Virus record (IMG/VR): IMGVR_UViG_3300026512_000011
Location: 1 to 63,419 of that record
Reading direction: 5' to 3' (one strand)
Length of the DNA: 63,419 nucleotides
DNA from: a virus
Lineage: Duplodnaviria > Caudoviricetes
This document shows, one piece after another, positions 59,601 to 63,419 of the stretch. The number at the start of each line of letters is the position of its first letter. Position 1 is the stretch's first letter. Both the position numbers and the translations under genes were made by a program. The notes under the pieces were generated by a model, which was not told the origin of the DNA, did no database searches, and saw only the letters and a list, made by a program, of their open reading frames with translations.

Positions 59601-60622
59601 ATAAGAATCTATACGAATTCATTAATGAAACTATAAAAATTGAATTGATTAAAGAATATGGATTAATTTTTGATAAAGTTAAATCAGTAAAGTTTTTAGG
59701 AAGGCAAAAAGTTTATGATTTGTCAGTATCAGGAAATCATATTTTTGTAGCTAATGGGTTTCCTCTTTCAAATAGCCAAGCCGAACCGAGAACAATGGCA
59801 TCTTTATCAGGAGACAAAAAACTTCAAGAAGTATATAATCAAGGCAAAGACATTTATAAATACATTGCATCAATTGTTTATCATATGGATTATGATAAAG
59901 TTCCTAAAGATACAAGAAACAAAATGAAATCACTTGTATTGGCTCTTATGTATGGTATGAGTCCTAAAACATTTGCAGAAAAATCAGGAATTACAGTAGA
60001 AGAAGCAGAACAAATATTTGATAGATTTTTCACAGAATTTAAAGATGTTTATAATTTCATTCAACAAAGACATAAAGAAGTAATGAGAAAAGGAGGCATA
60101 ACTACTCCTTTTGATAGATTCATAATAATAGACGATAGAGAAATATACGAGAAAAAGAAAAAAGCTCAAAACTATATCATCCAATCAACTGCATCTGAAT
60201 TATGTTTATTCCAATTTTCAGATATTACTCAACATTTAATCAAATCTAATATGAAATCAAGAGTAGTAGCATCAGTTCACGATTCAATAGTCATAGATAC
60301 TTATATTCCCGAAATATTCCAAGTTATCAATATAATGAGATTCAAATTAGAAAAAATTATACAATTAAAATATAAGTTTATTAGAGTTCCCTTTAGAATA
60401 GATATACAATTAGGAGTTAGCTGGGGGAATTCATTGGAGATTTCTAACACAATCCCAAATGGATATGAAATTGTAGGGTATAAAGAAGATTTAGAAAAAT
60501 TAATGGATAAGTTATCTAAATATGATTGGAAATATGAAATAATTGAAGAACACGAAGTTGAAATACCTGAAAACTCTTTAATTTCAGTCCCTATTGAAGG
60601 GACATACAAAATATACAAATAA
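56696..60622 (+). CDS. polA: family A DNA polymerase: UDG-like N-terminal domain, 3'-5' exonuclease, polymerase with intein
   Basis: CKGCKLH/HP UDG-like; FDTET, HNIKFD, YACYD exonuclease; SGRLSS, ADL|SQAE, K...L..MYG, VHDS. Confidence 0.92.
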   Translation: MTDFFGDSLNLQLLEDKCKGCKLHDKCSRKRKIGNNNNPKLVFILPEIETNDELNFDNPEQVRIGTVANIWRSISPIFKNSTITPNDILFLFVIPHKIEFPNNKIPKHKKDAYKHSIAEQCKEHLFYELYQLPEDAILIPVGSLPTQILLNAKNVFNLSGKEKERKITNPLNKKESKKFKVIPLIHPNSIQLSLKNRQVYIKSLNYIFYLLSGKKQNELKYKIITPDKVKSFVDKVLEISPPYVIFDTETSALIHKDRKIIGVSLKFPNIKTSYYIPLHSNNFINPETNEEIVITEYEKAKIKEQIKRLLTTIPFIGHNIKFDIVACQLEGILSEDNYTLLADTYVMAHIKYNQSLGGLGLKHLARLFFDVYDDWDTPLEIEKQKIAKIKKIPKRNVSYADIQTNLLGRYACYDVYYTELLYNKLNQELTPEEHQLHKQILNEIKAVATWEYYGVRIDKENFEKLKQYTIDKHSKAKFLMQNLPEIKKHFEDKFNPNSTKQLQKVIEIYNLPVLAKTDTGQPKFDKNVVEQYLKLDNISEEAKTFIQAYAEYKYYEKAVSSYINPIPEQTDNNGIFRTDFKICGTRSGRLSSYFHLLPSRTEYGKNFKRLISPKKEENIIISADLCLTPDTLVYTDKGWKKLIDVEPNKDKVLNDRGEWLDVYCIVDRGYGDVYEIETEKGFKIKCTLNHKFMCIDNNGKYRLATIRDVIDNKFYLAIKTIENENFKRDWLYVLLGIFLGDGSVKSRNSFAIYHSHKTKIDFTKFVLNQLGIIFSVKKVKGKNCYVVKFNSSEFSNLLHQLKLIEKANSRYKRKCFNEVLYSLDRDKRLSILLGFMNTDVYCDVKYNRFQLSNVVYDLMRFFHLTLLDVGIVGYFYPVKGKVFNLPNRQQCYNISISGYSYERLWRVFPELIRIFNPPKISKFQDNTWGLPNQKKIIPTTSGKWRVLKNTYTRGDIISKYKIEEIYEQDKNLYEFINETIKIELIKEYGLIFDKVKSVKFLGRQKVYDLSVSGNHIFVANGFPLSNSQAEPRTMASLSGDKKLQEVYNQGKDIYKYIASIVYHMDYDKVPKDTRNKMKSLVLALMYGMSPKTFAEKSGITVEEAEQIFDRFFTEFKDVYNFIQQRHKEVMRKGGITTPFDRFIIIDDREIYEKKKKAQNYIIQSTASELCLFQFSDITQHLIKSNMKSRVVASVHDSIVIDTYIPEIFQVINIMRFKLEKIIQLKYKFIRVPFRIDIQLGVSWGNSLEISNTIPNGYEIVGYKEDLEKLMDKLSKYDWKYEIIEEHEVEIPENSLISVPIEGTYKIYK
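58571..59773 (+). mobile_element. PolA intein with LAGLIDADG-like endonuclease (401 aa)
   Basis: starts CLTPDTLV, CT.NHKF, LLGIFLGDG, ends VYDLSVSGNHIF..LSN|S; sits inside motif A. Confidence 0.88.
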
Positions 60623-60625
60623 AGG

Positions 60626-60653
60626 TTGACATCTAAATATAATGGACTATATT
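60626..60653 (+). promoter_or_regulatory. conserved phage promoter, copy 3
   Basis: TTGACA-TCTAAATATAATGGAC-TATATT. Confidence 0.75.
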
Positions 60654-60690
60654 TAAAAATAACAAATCAAATTTAAAGGAGGGTAGAAAG

Positions 60691-61059
60691 ATGAATTGGA
60701 AGTGGCACATTACAGTAGGAGTAGAAAAAAAGTTTTCTATTGTGTTAAATAAAAATATTTATGAGATTTTTCTTAACGATGATTTTACAGAATCAAAAGA
60801 ATATGTAGGAGTTGAGGATGGCTATGATGTTATCAGACATTTAACCTTTGAAAAAGTTAAAATAGGATACATAGAAGATGACATACTTAATTTATATGAA
60901 GAAGGTATAAGAATTTTGAATCAAAATCCAGATTTAACTTTCTTTATTTTACCTATTCTCAAAAAACATAGAGTAGAGAAGTTAAAAATGATTGGCTCTT
61001 TTTCTTTGTCCAAAGAAATATTGGATATTATTTCAAATGTGAATCAAATAGTTAAATAA
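60691..61059 (+). CDS. hypothetical protein
   Basis: 122 aa, AAGGAGG RBS. Confidence 0.65.
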   Translation: MNWKWHITVGVEKKFSIVLNKNIYEIFLNDDFTESKEYVGVEDGYDVIRHLTFEKVKIGYIEDDILNLYEEGIRILNQNPDLTFFILPILKKHRVEKLKMIGSFSLSKEILDIISNVNQIVK

Positions 61060-61070
61060 GGAGGAATGAA

Positions 61071-61373
61071 ATGGATTATATTAAACATTTAATTCAAACA
61101 GGAGATTGTAAAACATTGTTAAAGATGATTATTGATGCTTACCAAAATGGTAAAGCTGTTTGTCCTTTCTGTTTAGGAGAAGGACACTATATAAGCGAAC
61201 ACAATGATATGGAAAGTCTTATCAATTATCTTCCTTGTGGTTATTGTGATGGTAGAGGAATAATATCTTTTGATGAGTTTATGAGATATTTTTCTATTAA
61301 TAAAAAATTTCTTTTAGGTGATGTAGAAAACAATGCAGTAGAAAATGGTATAGATGATGAAATAGAATTTTAA
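61071..61373 (+). CDS. DnaJ-type CxxCxGxG zinc-finger protein
   Basis: CPFCLGEG and CGYCDGRG. Confidence 0.7.
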   Translation: MDYIKHLIQTGDCKTLLKMIIDAYQNGKAVCPFCLGEGHYISEHNDMESLINYLPCGYCDGRGIISFDEFMRYFSINKKFLLGDVENNAVENGIDDEIEF

Positions 61374-61389
61374 TTAAAGGAGGTGTAGA

Positions 61390-62064
61390 ATGAAAGTAAT
61401 AACTTTATCAGGTTACGCTTGTAATGGAAAATCGTCATTAATTCCAGCTTTAGAGTGGGAATTATCTAAAACAGGTAAAAAAGTAATTACTTTATCAGAA
61501 CCAGTATCAATTCCCATATCCATCAATGAAATACTTAACGATGAAGATAAGTTACTTTGTAATTACCAAATTCAAACTCCTATACTCTCTTCTTCTATCC
61601 ATCAATTAGAATTTATAAGAGAGTTAAATAAAATTAATTACGATGGTTATGTAATAACGGATAGAAGTATATATGATGTATTAGTATTCTCTGCAATAAA
61701 ACAAATAAAATATAAAAACAAAAATAAAAAATGGGCTAAAGGTTGGTTATTCGGATTAGTATTAGATGTTTATTCAATGTTAATGGATTATGATTTACAT
61801 TTATATATTCCTCAAAATGTTGTATTTATAAACATTCCATCTAATATAGATGTTATTCGGGAATGTTTTGAAAGAAAAGAAAGAAAAGAAACAATTACAT
61901 ACAATTCATTTTTTGAAGATGCAACTATTTTTAAGGATTTGTTTATATATTTGGTTGATTTGTTTAGAGATGAACTTGAATTTAACATTAAATATAAGGA
62001 ATTTATATCTCCATCAGATAATTCTTATGTTCTTTATAAAATGCTTAATTGGATAACTAAATAA
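61390..62064 (+). CDS. P-loop nucleoside/nucleotide kinase-like protein
   Basis: LSGYACNGKSS, EP, ITDRS..D. Confidence 0.7.
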   Translation: MKVITLSGYACNGKSSLIPALEWELSKTGKKVITLSEPVSIPISINEILNDEDKLLCNYQIQTPILSSSIHQLEFIRELNKINYDGYVITDRSIYDVLVFSAIKQIKYKNKNKKWAKGWLFGLVLDVYSMLMDYDLHLYIPQNVVFINIPSNIDVIRECFERKERKETITYNSFFEDATIFKDLFIYLVDLFRDELEFNIKYKEFISPSDNSYVLYKMLNWITK

Positions 62065-62130
62065 AGGAGGTTATAATGGGAAAGTTTAAAGAAATTTCAG
62101 AAAATAGAAGAAGTCAAAGAGAGGTGAGTT

Positions 62131-62304
62131 ATGGAGTTATGTTTTTACTGTAAATACTGGAAGCCAAAAGATTATGATGAAGGGTTGTATGGAGGTTATG
62201 TGTTACGAGGTAGATGCTCTCTTTATAACAAAGAAACATATGAACACGAGTATTGTTGTGATTTTGTTGATTATAGAAAAGATAGATGTAGGAAAATATA
62301 CTAA
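62131..62304 (+). CDS. 57-aa Cys-rich protein (not in the ORF track)
   Basis: MELCFYCKYW...GRC...CCDF; GAGGTG RBS. Confidence 0.55.
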   Translation: MELCFYCKYWKPKDYDEGLYGGYVLRGRCSLYNKETYEHEYCCDFVDYRKDRCRKIY

Positions 62305-62318
62305 AAGGAGGGAAGAAA

Positions 62319-62786
62319 ATGAAAAAGTTTAAAGAAATGGTTTACAGAAAAGAAAATTTAGATAAACCAGAAATTCTCTTTGATGAGGAGTATTATTGGT
62401 TTAGAATTATAGGAATGTCTTTAGGAACTCATCCAGTTGCTTATGTAGGACTTCCTGAAAATCACATACTTGCAGGTTTTAATTATTTTGATTTAGGTAT
62501 TATTGATGTTTATGGAGGTCTTACTTTTTCAGGTAAGGGAGATGGAAATTATTTACCAGAAGGATATTGGTGGTATGGTTGGGATTATGCTCATAGTGGA
62601 GATTGGATGGGTTATTACGATGAAAATGATGGATGGGTTGGGAGCTACAAGAAATGGACGACAAGACAAATATATGAAGATGCAAAAGATGTAGTTAAGC
62701 AATTAATAAATTTAGAAGAATTTGCAAAAGCAATGTTAAAGAAGTTTGTAAAAGATGCAATAAAAATTTATGATATTAATGAATAG
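62319..62786 (+). CDS. conserved phage hypothetical protein
   Basis: AYV.LP..H, GGLTF, WYGWDYAH..D pattern. Confidence 0.7.
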   Translation: MKKFKEMVYRKENLDKPEILFDEEYYWFRIIGMSLGTHPVAYVGLPENHILAGFNYFDLGIIDVYGGLTFSGKGDGNYLPEGYWWYGWDYAHSGDWMGYYDENDGWVGSYKKWTTRQIYEDAKDVVKQLINLEEFAKAMLKKFVKDAIKIYDINE

Positions 62787-62798
62787 GAGGTAAGCGGA

Positions 62799-63416
62799 AT
62801 GATGAATGAAATGTTTGGATTAGTTCAATTAGTTAGAGTTAAACCTAATTCACTTGAATTTCTCCAAGAAGAATATGAAAAATACTTAAAAGGATTAAAA
62901 CCTTTAGACTTTATTTTAGTAGTATTTGAAGATAAAAATGCTTTTCACGATATAAATTTAAAACTAAACACAGGATTTGATTTATCCAATAAGGAATTAG
63001 TAGAACTACATTCAAGAACTAAAGTAGAAACAGGAGTAAAATGGTTAGCTCCTTATGGTTATGTAATGCACATAGTCCCTCGTTCTGGAATATCGTATAA
63101 AACTCCTATTAAACTTCTTAATGCTCCAGCTACAATAGAAGCCGAATATAGAGGAGACATTTCTTTGTTGTTAGGAGTAGATAAAGATTATTTAGATGAA
63201 TTTGAATCTTATAAAGACATTATAAAATGGATGAATAGTATAAGTATTCCATCAAGAACAAGATTAGCTCAAGCCATTATACAAAAAACTCCACTTACCA
63301 ACATTCAGATAAGATATTTTTATTATATGATAGATGATTATGTATATGAAGATTTTGCAAATCTATTTCCATCGGAAAGAAGTGATAAAGGATTTGGTTC
63401 AACTGGAACAAAATAA
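62799..63416 (+). CDS. dut: trimeric dUTPase
   Basis: GFDL, PRSG, TIEAEYRG, RLAQ, R...GFGSTG. Confidence 0.88.
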   Translation: MMNEMFGLVQLVRVKPNSLEFLQEEYEKYLKGLKPLDFILVVFEDKNAFHDINLKLNTGFDLSNKELVELHSRTKVETGVKWLAPYGYVMHIVPRSGISYKTPIKLLNAPATIEAEYRGDISLLLGVDKDYLDEFESYKDIIKWMNSISIPSRTRLAQAIIQKTPLTNIQIRYFYYMIDDYVYEDFANLFPSERSDKGFGSTGTK

Positions 63417-63419
63417 TCA

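Noticed and set aside
36221-60618. Minus-strand ORFs in the right arm (36221, 38559, 39015, 40098, 41385, 42344, 47570, 50027, 50426, 53026, 59984, 60301)
   Set aside because: Antisense shadows with no supporting motifs
5587-62694. Same-strand alternative-frame ORFs (5587, 20298, 61850, 62503)
   Set aside because: Fully nested in longer genes, with no convincing RBS or motif
1-63419. tRNA genes, integrase/att site, reverse transcriptase (DGR or retron), alternative genetic code
   Set aside because: No cloverleaf, recombinase or YxDD RT motifs seen by eye; genes are full length with the standard code and use all three stops. tRNAscan and HMM searches would be needed to exclude these fully

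Overview
AT-rich dsDNA tailed phage with siphovirus-type morphogenesis genes, probably a complete ~63.4 kb genome opened between two converging genes. The left arm (6-32850, minus strand) carries SbcCD-like nuclease genes, RNase H, a DNA methyltransferase, terminase, portal, HK97-type protease and capsid, a long non-contractile tail, a holin/spanin/M15 endolysin cassette and RuvC. The right arm (35294-63416, plus strand) carries an AEP-like Rep/primase with an AT-hook, an SLT, two tandem ThyX paralogs, a small methyltransferase, NrdG, a split class III NrdD with two inteins, SSB, RecA, SF2 helicase, primase, DnaB, a UDG-fused intein-containing PolA, a kinase and dUTPase. The arms diverge from a non-coding origin-like region with a skew switch, a DnaA box and degenerate direct and inverted repeats. 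A 1376-bp tnpB-only IS200/IS605 element is inserted there; its TnpB has Gln at the RuvC-II Glu position, and its predicted TAM plus guide seed recurs in the opposite arm of the repeat. Spanins imply a diderm host, and class III RNR implies an anaerobic or microaerobic one. I saw no integrase, CRISPR array or tRNA. All calls come from reading motifs by eye; no searches were run.
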